From NCBI GenBank assembly GCA_037133555.1, contig JBAXNW010000017.1:1530-65529 (forward strand): a stretch of 64,000 nucleotides of DNA. Direction: 5' to 3'. Positions 1 through 9,645 of the stretch are shown piece by piece. Within the stretch, counting starts at the first letter, position 1; every line of letters starts with the position of its first letter. The DNA comes from Bacteroidota bacterium (GTDB taxonomy: Bacteria; Bacteroidota; Bacteroidia; Bacteroidales; JACABE01). The notes beneath the pieces were generated by a model that saw only the letters and a program-made list of their open reading frames with translations, was not told where the DNA came from and searched no databases. The position numbers were made by a program, and so were the translations under genes.

Positions 1-272
1 GAAGAACTTCCACATCCTAGGCCAAGTATACTGCCAAATACATTCACCATTCTTGAAATATCACAAAACACGAAGTAGTAATCACTTATCAATAAGGTAT
101 TTGATTTTGTAGTGTTTCTATATAGCTAATTCTTACTTTTGACTTATCAATTAATATTGTGCAACATTCTTTCATTAGAGCATACTATCTATAATACTAT
201 TTGGGGAAAATAATTCCGTTAAATTGACGTTGGAATTAAAAAAATATGTAGGTTTGCGAAAAATCATCACCC

Positions 273-1823
273 ATGAATTTCTCTTCATCGAAAATACTTA
301 AAATTTTCTGTTTACTAGCAATATTGCCTTTTTCGCTCTATTCGCAAAACAAAAAAGCTGTAAGAGCCGAAATAGAAACTACCGAAGAGGCCAAACCATT
401 TACCATTGTTAATCTTGGAAAAAGTGGAGTACTGATACTCTCAAAACTCAATGAATTTGTAGACAGAAAAACACGGAATTGGTCTTTTACTTTTTATAAT
501 AATATTTTACAAAAAAAATGGATCAAAAAACTACCTCTTTCCGAAGATTTTTCTTACCAAGGCTATGAATTTGAAAAGGATACAGCCTATTTGATTTTTT
601 ATAAAGCAGACAAGCATTCCAATGATAAGAACCTAAAAATTATTTCACTTGAACTTTTAAAAGGGAATCATACTTCAATGGACACATTGCTTACTGATAA
701 ATCCCAGCTTACTAATCTAGAAAGTTTTCAACATCATCTTTTTTTTACATTGGAGAATAAATCCAATATTATGTTGGTTAATATTGATTATTATCTTCGA
801 AGTTTTAAAGAAATCGTGATAGACAAAAACGACAATACAAATGTAGAATGCATGACAATTGATAGTTTAAATAAGGTAGTCTATCTACTTATTAAAAAAG
901 AAGTTAGCAAACATTCAAATAGTTTTTTTTTAAGAAAATATGATTTTTCAGGAAGCGAATTGTCTTCAATTGAAATAAAGAATACGGATGAAAGCCGAAA
1001 ACTTTTAACAGGAATGATCACACTTTTAAAAGATGGATCTATTGCAATAGCTGGGTCCTACAACTTATCTGACGAAAAAACCTCCAGTTATGCCGAAACT
1101 TCTGTACTTTCAGAAGCTGCAGGGACTTATTTTGTGAAGATGGTGAAGGATAGCATACATCCCATACATTTTATTAATTTTCTATCTTACGAAAACATCA
1201 ATAAATACCTCAACAAACGGGAAGTTTCCAAGATTAAAAAAATTCAGGAAAACAAAACACAAAAAGAATTCTCTCTCAATTATTTACTTATTGAACATAA
1301 GTTAATCCAAATGGATCATCAGATTGTAATGGTTGCCGAAGCCTTGTATCCCGAATACCGTGTTATTTCAGATATGACCTATGATTATTATGGCCGGATG
1401 ACTCCTACTTCACGGACTATTTTTGATGGTTACCGTTATACCAATGCATTTGTGTTATGTCTGGATGAAGAAGGGAATACAAAATGGAATCAATTGTTCG
1501 ATATCTGGAACATACTTAGTATGGAAATTAAAGAAAAAGTGAGTGTGATGCCTTTAAAAGATGATGTACTCATCTCCTACAACGATGATGGTGAGCTGGT
1601 TTATAAAATAATGAATGACACAACTACTTCTTTTGACATTGGAAACCTGAAAGTTGAAATGAGTTATGCCAACGATAAAGCTATGTTCAGCCCTTCTTCA
1701 AATATTGATTATTGGTATGCCAATTATTATTTAGTGTTTGGTATACAAACTATTAAAAATAATTCTTTGGCTAACCGAAGCAAACGAACCGTATTTTATA
1801 TGAATAAAGTTTCTTTCGAGTAA
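273..1823 (+). CDS. Conserved hypothetical exported protein (possible beta-propeller)
   Basis: 516-aa ORF with signal peptide (..FSLYS-Q); TAGGTTTG -7 box at 249-256. Confidence 0.75.
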   Translation: MNFSSSKILKIFCLLAILPFSLYSQNKKAVRAEIETTEEAKPFTIVNLGKSGVLILSKLNEFVDRKTRNWSFTFYNNILQKKWIKKLPLSEDFSYQGYEFEKDTAYLIFYKADKHSNDKNLKIISLELLKGNHTSMDTLLTDKSQLTNLESFQHHLFFTLENKSNIMLVNIDYYLRSFKEIVIDKNDNTNVECMTIDSLNKVVYLLIKKEVSKHSNSFFLRKYDFSGSELSSIEIKNTDESRKLLTGMITLLKDGSIAIAGSYNLSDEKTSSYAETSVLSEAAGTYFVKMVKDSIHPIHFINFLSYENINKYLNKREVSKIKKIQENKTQKEFSLNYLLIEHKLIQMDHQIVMVAEALYPEYRVISDMTYDYYGRMTPTSRTIFDGYRYTNAFVLCLDEEGNTKWNQLFDIWNILSMEIKEKVSVMPLKDDVLISYNDDGELVYKIMNDTTTSFDIGNLKVEMSYANDKAMFSPSSNIDYWYANYYLVFGIQTIKNNSLANRSKRTVFYMNKVSFE

Positions 1824-2004
1824 AACTTTAAATTGAAAAACTTTCCATCCCTTTATTAAAAAAAAGCTTCGAATGAGCTTTAAAACACTAACTTTGCAAC
1901 TTAATTAGTCTTTACACAAGATAATAAATGCTAGGCTTTTATATAATTATAAAAGTCTTTATTTGAAAAATATAAACATATTCAGCTCATTCAAATACAA
2001 AACA

Positions 2005-3093
2005 ATGAACTTTAAACCAGGAGATAAAGTAAAATTTTTAAATACAAGTGGTGGTGGTATCGTAACCAAAATACTCAGTTCGACAATGGTGAATGTTGCT
2101 ATCGAAGAAGGATTTGAAGTCCCTACCATGGCTGCCGAATTATTAAAAATAGATGAGAGTTCTGCAGCTGCCCGATTATTCAACCAGGAATACAATGTAA
2201 ACCCAAATCTTGTTCAATCAACTACAGAAGACGAAGAAGCAGAAGAAGATGGCAAATCGGCTTTGCTTAAATCATATGGAAGTGAAAATCTTGCTGCCGG
2301 TATTTATCTGGCTTATATTCCTCACGACCAACGGTGGTTGTTGACAGGCATGCTGGATGTTTGTCTGATTAATCATACAGAATTTCATACACTGTTTAAT
2401 CTGACCTTGATGGACGATGATAGTAAATACCATGGCATGGATTATGATGTGCTGAATCCTGAGAGCAAAAAAGTGATAACCACTATCGAGAGGGAAGACC
2501 TAGAATCGTGGAGTGCGGGGAATGTTCAGATACTATTTCATGCTGAATTCAAGGATAGAATACTAACACCTATGAATGCTGATTTTAAAATCAAACCCAG
2601 CCGATTTTATAAAGATGAAAATTACATCAACTCTTCTTTTTTACAGGAAAAAGCCCTGGTATTAACATTGGGAAGATTGACCGAAATTCCAACTATTCAA
2701 TCAAAGTTTTCAAAGTTTTCAGATAAAGACAAACCAGAAATTCAACATAAGAAAGCTTCCCAAATAAAATCCGAATCTATTCTGGATACTCATCAATTGA
2801 ATGCAACAACGGCAGAGATTGATCTGCATATCGGTGAATTGGTTGAAGATTATTATTTGCTCGATAATTCAGAAATGCTAAAAATTCAGCTGGATTATTT
2901 TACAAAATGCCTTGAGTCGGCTTTTATCAATAAAACCAATAAATTAATATTTATACATGGTGTTGGTGCTGGTGTGCTCAAAAACGAAATGATTAAAATA
3001 TTAAAAACTTACGATAATCTTCATTACTTTGATGCCTCAATGGCTAAATACGGACAAGGAGCCACTGAGGTATTTATCAATCATAGCAAATAG
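2005..3093 (+). CDS. DUF2027 + Smr/MutS2 C-terminal domain protein
   Basis: N-terminal FKPGDKVKFL..GGG SH3-like motif; C-terminal EIDLH...IFIHGVGAGVLK...YGQGAT Smr motif. ATG 2005 preferred over TTG 1963; -7 box TAACTTTG at 1889-1896. Confidence 0.85.
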   Translation: MNFKPGDKVKFLNTSGGGIVTKILSSTMVNVAIEEGFEVPTMAAELLKIDESSAAARLFNQEYNVNPNLVQSTTEDEEAEEDGKSALLKSYGSENLAAGIYLAYIPHDQRWLLTGMLDVCLINHTEFHTLFNLTLMDDDSKYHGMDYDVLNPESKKVITTIEREDLESWSAGNVQILFHAEFKDRILTPMNADFKIKPSRFYKDENYINSSFLQEKALVLTLGRLTEIPTIQSKFSKFSDKDKPEIQHKKASQIKSESILDTHQLNATTAEIDLHIGELVEDYYLLDNSEMLKIQLDYFTKCLESAFINKTNKLIFIHGVGAGVLKNEMIKILKTYDNLHYFDASMAKYGQGATEVFINHSK

Positions 3094-3139
3094 GGAGTAA
3101 ATGCTGAAATACGATAGAATTTTAATGAAATAAAACCGA

Positions 3140-3169
3140 AAAGATATCTGGAAAGATGTCTTTTTTTTT
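3140..3169 (+). terminator. Probable intrinsic terminator
   Basis: AAAGATATC-tggaaa-GATGTCTTT followed by a T tract after the Smr gene. Confidence 0.6.
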
Positions 3170-3267
3170 GTTAAAGACTCTAGTATTGTTGATTTTATTT
3201 TGAAATAAAGCGTTACTTTTAAAATTAGGGTTGTTGTTTTTTTAGTTTTTATCAAATTCGAAAATAG

Positions 3268-3375
3268 ATATCGTCCCTATGGGACATAGCTTCTGTTTTA
3301 TATTAAATCCCGTTAGGGATTTGATATTTATAGAAGTTTTATTTTGTTTAATAGAGTCCTGTAGGGACGTGATAT
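3268..3375. repeat. Cluster of three REP-like palindromes (GTCCC/GTAG/GGGAC type)
   Basis: ATATCGTCCCTATGGGAC (3268-3285) is inverted relative to AAATCCCGTTAGGGATTTGATAT (3305-3327) and GTCCTGTAGGGACGTGATAT (3356-3375). Confidence 0.65.
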
Positions 3376-3536
3376 TAAAATCTATTACAAATGAATGTTT
3401 TTAATTGCATAAAATTGCAAATCTAAACAATAAACTTGATGCAATTATTAATGCCCTGTATGACTGCATCACTTTATTAATTGACGAATGTGATATGATA
3501 ATAGAAATAAAAATGAAGCTATGCATTTATTTTTGT

Positions 3537-3544
3537 TAATTTTG
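3537..3544 (+). promoter_or_regulatory. Bacteroidota -7 promoter box for rnpB
   Basis: TAATTTTG matches TAnnTTTG about 10 nt before the RNase P P1 helix. Confidence 0.7.
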
Positions 3545-3553
3545 CAAGATAAA

Positions 3554-3915
3554 CAACAGTTCGTTCTATCGCTGTTTCACTTTGGTGAGAGAGAGGAAAG
3601 TCCGGGCAACACAGAGCACCATACTTCCTAACGGGAAGGTGTTTCGGGCAACCGGAGCAACAGCAAGTGCCACAGAAAATAACCGTCTTGTCTTCGGACA
3701 GGATAAGGGTGAAAATGTGAGGTAAGAGCTCACGTCGCAGATTGGTGACAGTCTGAGAGGGTAAACCTTATGGGTTGAAAGACCAAATATACCGGTTGTT
3801 AAGGGCTGCTCGCCCGATGCCGGGGGGTAGGTCGTTAGAAACTACCGGCGACGGTAGTCTTAGATAAATGATAGAAGTCCCATTGGGATACAGAACCCGG
3901 CTTACAGAACTGTTG
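3554..3915 (+). ncRNA. rnpB: RNase P RNA, bacterial type A
   Basis: GAGGAAAGTCCGGGC, AGTGCCACAGAAAA, GGTAAACC, AGATAAATGA and ACAGAACCCGGCTTA signatures; P1 formed by CAACAGTTC / GAACTGTTG. Confidence 0.97.
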
Positions 3916-4032
3916 TTTTTTCTTTTAATCAATATTTTTTTTCTTTTAGCTTAATCAACTATTTAAATGTATTAATTGTATATTTGTATTGAAATTTACA
4001 GCTTTCAATTTACTAATTTAAAAGAACTTACA

Positions 4033-5112
4033 TTGCATCTATTTCGAAAAAAAATACCAATAAGAAGACAATATATAATTAGTATTTTATTTGTTATTTT
4101 TGTCGCATCCACCACTTATCTTGTTAAAGATTGGATTGGTTATAGGGTAGTAGCCTTATTGCTTTTATTTGCCGTTTCGGTTTTAGCGATGCTTTTTGAC
4201 ATTTTCCCTGTATTATTAGCATCTGTTTTAAGTGCATTGATCTGGGATTTCTTTTTTATACCACCCCAATTTACACTCCATATTGATAATACTGAAGATT
4301 TGCTGATGTTTCTGATGTATTTTCTGATTGCTTTAGTGAATGCTGGTTTAAATTTTAAGATTAGAGAGCAGGAAAAACGATTAAGAGACAAAGGCGAAAA
4401 AGAAAATGCCATTAAATTGTATAATACACTTTTCAATTCACTTTCACACGAATTGAGAACTCCAATTTCTACTATCATTGCTGCAATTGATACTTTAAAA
4501 GAAAATAAAAAAAACTTATCAGATTATCATCAGAATGTGTTGTACAACGAAATCGATACCGCTACCCTTAGGTTAAATAGACAGGTTGATAATTTGTTAA
4601 ATATGAGTCGCTTGGAATCATCTATTTTAAAACCAAAACTTGAATGGTGCGATTTGAATGAGCTGATCTTTTCGGTAATTCAAAAATATACTGATAATTT
4701 ACTTTCTCACAAAATCATATATGATCATACTGACGATTTACCTTTTGTAAAAATTGATTTGATGATGATGGAGCAAATTATCTCTAACATCATTCACAAT
4801 GGGATACATTATACGCCTGAAAATTCAATAATAAGGATAGGTTCCCTTATTCAGGATGAGAACTTAGTGATTAAGATAAATGATAATGGTAAAGGATTTC
4901 CCGAAAATGAGATTCCTTTCGTTTTTAATAAATTTTATCGTTTACCGAATGCAAAAGCGGGTGGTAGTGGTTTAGGCTTATCCATCGTAAAAGGTTTTGT
5001 ACAGGCACTTGGTGGCGAAATAAATCTTGAAAATCAAGATAGTGGAGGGGCCAATTTTACAATTACCATTCCTTGCGAAACTTCCTATATTAATAGTTTG
5101 AAAAATGAGTAA
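4033..5112 (+). CDS. kdpD: KdpD-like sensor histidine kinase (DUF4118 TM + HisKA + HATPase; lacks the KdpD N-terminal, Usp and GAF domains)
   Basis: WDFFFIPP..T TM motif, SHELRTP H-box, N/G1/G2 boxes. TATATTTG -7 box at 3979-3986 overlaps the track start 3976, so TTG 4033 is preferred (start uncertain). Confidence 0.85.
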   Translation: MHLFRKKIPIRRQYIISILFVIFVASTTYLVKDWIGYRVVALLLLFAVSVLAMLFDIFPVLLASVLSALIWDFFFIPPQFTLHIDNTEDLLMFLMYFLIALVNAGLNFKIREQEKRLRDKGEKENAIKLYNTLFNSLSHELRTPISTIIAAIDTLKENKKNLSDYHQNVLYNEIDTATLRLNRQVDNLLNMSRLESSILKPKLEWCDLNELIFSVIQKYTDNLLSHKIIYDHTDDLPFVKIDLMMMEQIISNIIHNGIHYTPENSIIRIGSLIQDENLVIKINDNGKGFPENEIPFVFNKFYRLPNAKAGGSGLGLSIVKGFVQALGGEINLENQDSGGANFTITIPCETSYINSLKNE

Positions 5113-5785
5113 AACTGAAATTCTAATCATAGATGATGAACCTCAGATCAGGAAATTGCTTTCTATTAATCTGGAAAACTATGATTATAAGGTTATTGAA
5201 GCCGAAACAGGAAAGGAAGGCATTCAACTCGCTGCCAGTTTCAATCCCGAATTGATATTGTTGGATCTTGGTCTTCCTGACCGGGATGGTCATGAAATTC
5301 TTAAGGAACTTAGAAGCTGGTTTCAGAAATCAATTATTATTCTTTCGGTTCAAAACAGTGAAGAGGACATAGTGAAAGCATTGGATAACGGAGCTTCTGA
5401 CTATTTATGCAAACCATTCAGAATTGCTGAACTGATGGCACGTATTCGTGCAGCCATCCGAAGGAATAGTAATAATTTAATTTGTGAAAGTGTTATTATA
5501 TGTGGCGATATTGAAATTGACCTTATCGCGAAAACCGTTAAAAAATCCTCGGAAATTATAAAATTGACGACTACAGAATACAAATTATTGTCATTGTTTG
5601 CTCAGAATGAAGCCAGGGTATTAACCCATCAGTTTATTCTTAAAGATATCTGGGGTGTTGGTTATCAAACTGAAGTCCAGTATTTAAGAGTCTTTGTTGC
5701 AAGTTTACGTAAAAAAATTGAAGAAAATCCAGACCATCCCAAACATATAATTACTGAAAGCGGTGTTGGCTATCGTTTTGTTTAA
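5105..5785 (+). CDS. kdpE: KdpE-like OmpR-family response regulator
   Basis: IDDEPQIR, LDLGLPD, YLRVFVASLRKKIEENP..P..IITESGVGYRF; overlaps the kinase stop. Confidence 0.9.
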   Translation: MSKTEILIIDDEPQIRKLLSINLENYDYKVIEAETGKEGIQLAASFNPELILLDLGLPDRDGHEILKELRSWFQKSIIILSVQNSEEDIVKALDNGASDYLCKPFRIAELMARIRAAIRRNSNNLICESVIICGDIEIDLIAKTVKKSSEIIKLTTTEYKLLSLFAQNEARVLTHQFILKDIWGVGYQTEVQYLRVFVASLRKKIEENPDHPKHIITESGVGYRFV

Positions 5786-5853
5786 TCTTTATATTTTCTT
5801 TATATTTTAAGCTAATTCTTTATTTTATCATTATAGTATAATGCTGAATTTTG
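5786..5853 (+). promoter_or_regulatory. Candidate KdpE-type operator and weak -7 box upstream of kup
   Basis: Perfect 11-bp tandem TCTTTATATTT x2 (5786-5807), degenerate second pair (5817-5836), GAATTTTG at 5846-5853. Confidence 0.55.
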
Positions 5854-5878
5854 TATTCTCATTTTAAAAGATACAAAA

Positions 5879-7861
5879 TTGACAGTGCAAACCAAATCTC
5901 ATTTTTCAGATCGCATCACTACAGCATCTTTATTGGTTGCTTTAGGTATTATTTATGGCGATATTGGAACCAGCCCACTTTATGCATTAAGAGCAGTTAT
6001 TGGGATGCGCCCCATAGAAGCGAGTCTGGTTTATGGTGGGGTTTCCTGTATTTTCTGGACGCTCGTATTTCAAACTACTGTTAAATATATCTGGCTTACA
6101 ATACAAGCGGACAATCAGGGTGAAGGAGGAATTTTTTCATTGTACGCATTGGTAAAAAGATATGGGAAAAAATTAGTCATTCCAACAATATTAGGAGCTA
6201 CTACCTTATTAGCTGATGGTATTATTACTCCGCCAATTACTGTTGCTTCTGCAATTGAAGGATTAGGTATGATGAAAGGATTAGAAAATATTGTGGTTCC
6301 TGGAAATACTTTTACAATAGGAATTGTTGTGCTTATTCTTTCCCTTTTATTTTTCTTTCAACGCTTCGGAACCCAGAAAATAGGCCAATTATTCGGACCT
6401 GCCATGGTCGTTTGGTTTTCGATGTTGCTTATAACAGGTGTTCATCAAATTTCGATACACCCGGATATCTTAAAATCTTTAAACCCTGTTTATGCTATCA
6501 ATTTGCTGCTTCTTTATCCGAATGGTTTCTGGTTGCTGGGTGCTGTTTTTCTTTGTACTACCGGAGCCGAGGCCTTGTATTCCGATTTGGGGCATTGCGG
6601 GATTAAAAATATAAGAATTACCTGGGTGTTTGTAAAAATCAGTTTAGTAGCCTGTTATCTTGGGCAAGCTGCCTGGCTGATGCATCAGGGTGGAGGATTT
6701 TTAAATAACAGAAATCCATTTTTTGAAATCATTCCTTCCTGGTTTTTGTTGCCCGGTATTCTCATCGCTACACTTGCATCTATCATCGCATCACAGGCTC
6801 TTATCAGCGGAAGTTATACCCTTATCAGCGAAGCAATGAACTTAAATTTCTGGCCAAGGGTAGGCGTGAGGCAGCCTACTGAAATCAAAGGACAGATTTA
6901 TATTCCAAGTGTTAATTCCATCCTCTGGTTTGGATGTATACTGATGATACTTTATTTCCATTCGTCCACTCATATGGAAGCTGCCTATGGGTTTTCAATT
7001 ACAATTGCGATGATGATGACTACCATTTTGTTGCGTTACTTTTTGATTTACAAATTGAAATGGAATAAAATTTTAGTTCACCTGATGATATTTGTCTTTG
7101 CTACAGTTGAAGTGTCATTTTTTATTGCCAATATTGCAAAAATCAAACAAAGATGGATGTTCTTATTCTTTGAATTGTTTATCTTTCTAACGATGTACGT
7201 ATGGTATTATGCACGAAAAATCAATAACCGTTATACAAATTTTGTAGATTTAGGTAAATATACATCCATCATTAGCGAATTGAGCAGTGATGACTCTATC
7301 CCTAAGTTTTCGACGCATTTGATTTATCTGACAAAAGCCAATACACGTCATCAGATTGAAGAAAAAATCATCAAATCTATTTTAGCAAAAAACCCAAAAC
7401 GAGCCGATGTATATTGGTTTCTCCACATCAATAGAACCGATCAGCCCTATACCCTTAGTTATGAGGTTTCTGAACTTGTGGAAGATAAGATTATTAAAGT
7501 AAATGTTAATGTAGGTTTCAGGGTTATCCCCAGATCTGAATTGTATTTTAAGAAAATTGTTCTGGAGTTAATTGCAAACAAAGAACTTAACCTGCACATT
7601 CGTCCTGACGGGAGTACCAGGTATAATAGTGAACCTGATTTTAAATTTATCGTCATCGAAAAATTTCTTTCAGTTGAAAATGAATTTGCAATCAAGGATG
7701 GAATTTTACTTAAATCTTATTTCTTTTTGAAAAAGTTAGGTCAAAGAGATGAAAAAGCTTTTGGTTTAGATAAAAGTGATATTCAAATAGAATATATACC
7801 TCTTTTATATCAGCCTGTTACAAATATTTCACTGAGCCGGATTCAAAAAATTTTGAAATAA
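5879..7861 (+). CDS. kup: KUP/HAK/KT potassium transporter
   Basis: LGIIYGDIGTSPLYA, GEGGIFSLYAL, GAEALYSDLGH, GQIYIP motifs. Confidence 0.95.
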   Translation: MTVQTKSHFSDRITTASLLVALGIIYGDIGTSPLYALRAVIGMRPIEASLVYGGVSCIFWTLVFQTTVKYIWLTIQADNQGEGGIFSLYALVKRYGKKLVIPTILGATTLLADGIITPPITVASAIEGLGMMKGLENIVVPGNTFTIGIVVLILSLLFFFQRFGTQKIGQLFGPAMVVWFSMLLITGVHQISIHPDILKSLNPVYAINLLLLYPNGFWLLGAVFLCTTGAEALYSDLGHCGIKNIRITWVFVKISLVACYLGQAAWLMHQGGGFLNNRNPFFEIIPSWFLLPGILIATLASIIASQALISGSYTLISEAMNLNFWPRVGVRQPTEIKGQIYIPSVNSILWFGCILMILYFHSSTHMEAAYGFSITIAMMMTTILLRYFLIYKLKWNKILVHLMIFVFATVEVSFFIANIAKIKQRWMFLFFELFIFLTMYVWYYARKINNRYTNFVDLGKYTSIISELSSDDSIPKFSTHLIYLTKANTRHQIEEKIIKSILAKNPKRADVYWFLHINRTDQPYTLSYEVSELVEDKIIKVNVNVGFRVIPRSELYFKKIVLELIANKELNLHIRPDGSTRYNSEPDFKFIVIEKFLSVENEFAIKDGILLKSYFFLKKLGQRDEKAFGLDKSDIQIEYIPLLYQPVTNISLSRIQKILK

Positions 7862-7909
7862 AAGACTTTTTAAACATATCAAAATAATAATTTTTAAAAA
7901 TAAATTGCC

Positions 7910-8869
7910 ATGCATTTAAAAATCAGAACGAAAGTACTTATGGGAATTCTTTTCCTATTTATTGAATTTCTCATTATTGGTGTTATGAGTATCTATTATT
8001 TCTCGTCCATTAAAAATAGCACTGAATTGATGATTAAAAACAATTATCATTCAGTACAATATGCAGAGAATATGATACAGGCCATTGATGATGCCCATAC
8101 TGCGGTTGCTTCATCATTTTTAAACAAATTTTATCATTCCGACAATAACTCAATACTGCTCTCTTTCGCTAAATTTGAAGAGAATCTCAACAAGGAAGAA
8201 AAAAACATTACAGAATACGGAGAAAAAGACTTGACTCAATCTATCCGTCAAAAATACGTTAGGTATAAATCACTATCAACTACTCCGAATATTGATTCAA
8301 TAACAGAAAAACTAAATTACTATACATTAAATGTTTTGCCGGTTTTTAATGAACTAAAAGCTAAAATATTTACAATATCTACCTTGAATATGCAGGCGAT
8401 CATTCAAAAAAATGAGAACTTAAATTTAATGGTAAATAATATTTACAGAAACCTGATGATAGTAATGACACTTTGTTTTGTTTTTACTTTTTCATTTATG
8501 TTTAATTTCCCCAGTTATATCGCTCAGCCTGTCAATGAAATAACTGAAAAAATTAAAGAAATTGCCAATAAAAACTATAAAAGCCGTATAAAAATTTCAA
8601 GCCAGGATGAATTTAAAGATTTAGCTGAAGCCTTTAATTTTATGGCCGAAAGATTGGAGGAAAATTGCAATGCCGAGAAACTCGAAAAACAAATCTTTGT
8701 CCAAGAAGAAAGTATAGATAATAACTTAGTGCTTCAAAATATTCAGGCCTTGCTAACTTCAGTAAGAATTCTTATTGAATCAATTTCGCTGAGTAATATG
8801 GATGAAAATCTAAAAACTCAGTCAGAAAATATTCGGAAAATTGAAGAAGAATTATCTAGAATAATTTAA
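7910..8869 (+). CDS. Membrane sensor protein: TM, four-helix periplasmic domain, TM, HAMP, coiled coil; no kinase domain
   Basis: Two hydrophobic segments; HAMP motif IAQPVNEITEKIKEIA...DEFKDLAEAFNFMAERL; no H-box. Confidence 0.75.
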   Translation: MHLKIRTKVLMGILFLFIEFLIIGVMSIYYFSSIKNSTELMIKNNYHSVQYAENMIQAIDDAHTAVASSFLNKFYHSDNNSILLSFAKFEENLNKEEKNITEYGEKDLTQSIRQKYVRYKSLSTTPNIDSITEKLNYYTLNVLPVFNELKAKIFTISTLNMQAIIQKNENLNLMVNNIYRNLMIVMTLCFVFTFSFMFNFPSYIAQPVNEITEKIKEIANKNYKSRIKISSQDEFKDLAEAFNFMAERLEENCNAEKLEKQIFVQEESIDNNLVLQNIQALLTSVRILIESISLSNMDENLKTQSENIRKIEEELSRII

Positions 8870-8966
8870 TCACTAACACACTGAGATTAACAGTTCATGT
8901 TTTAAAAAGCTGAAAGCATCAACTGATTTATTTGAAAGATTTTTTTTAAGCGAATAAAAGATTTAC

Positions 8967-8974
8967 TACTTTTG
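8967..8974 (+). promoter_or_regulatory. -7 promoter box 5 nt upstream of the Cys/His-rich leader gene
   Basis: TACTTTTG-tagcg-ATG. Confidence 0.65.
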
Positions 8975-8979
8975 TAGCG

Positions 8980-9426
8980 ATGAAAAAAATAACAGCCTAT
9001 TTGATAAGCTTTATGGCTATTGCAGTTTTTCTGGTTTCTTCAACCGGGATAAGCTATGTTATACATCATTGTTCAGCCAATCATACCGAAGAAATCCGCT
9101 TATTTACAAGTGATTATCAATGTTCGCACGAGCTATCAAACCTTTGTTGTGCCGATAAAAATGAAAAAGCAATACATCACGAATGCAGCTTCAATAAAAA
9201 CCATCATTGCTGCAAAAATACAAAAGGTTATTTTAAAATTGCTGACGATTATACCGTAAACGTTTTTAAAACAAGCATTACGCCCGTTTTTTCATTTATT
9301 TCAACTTCTTTTCTTTTTACAGCAAAGTCAATACAATCAAGTTTTCAAATTTGCAATTCCAACAGTCCTCCAACATCTCAATCCGTTCAGGATTTTTTAA
9401 GCCTTCACTCACAATTTCGTATTTGA
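8980..9426 (+). CDS. Cys/His-rich exported small protein (HYC_CC_PP-like), first gene of the metal-efflux operon
   Basis: N-terminal hydrophobic segment, HHC, CC x2, HHEC, NSPP, C-terminal FRI; paralog at 22236. Confidence 0.8.
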   Translation: MKKITAYLISFMAIAVFLVSSTGISYVIHHCSANHTEEIRLFTSDYQCSHELSNLCCADKNEKAIHHECSFNKNHHCCKNTKGYFKIADDYTVNVFKTSITPVFSFISTSFLFTAKSIQSSFQICNSNSPPTSQSVQDFLSLHSQFRI

Positions 9427-9645
9427 TATACTGCTGAGTAGTATTTAAATGCTTAAATTTTTGCTTTCAAAAAAGATTTTATCTTATTGATGTTTAATTT
9501 ATTATTTAGATGATATACTCATTACGCTTTCTGTAATATTTTGTCATGCTTTAGGTTTTTTGTGGTCGTTCCAAAAATCTAAAATCAGCTTTCCGGACAA
9601 TATTAAAAATAAACCTGAATTCAGCAATTTGTTAATTTTCAGTAT

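Noticed and set aside
1-180. Possible gene fragment at the left edge
   Set aside because: Short open frames exist on both strands, but none has a recognisable motif; cannot be assigned
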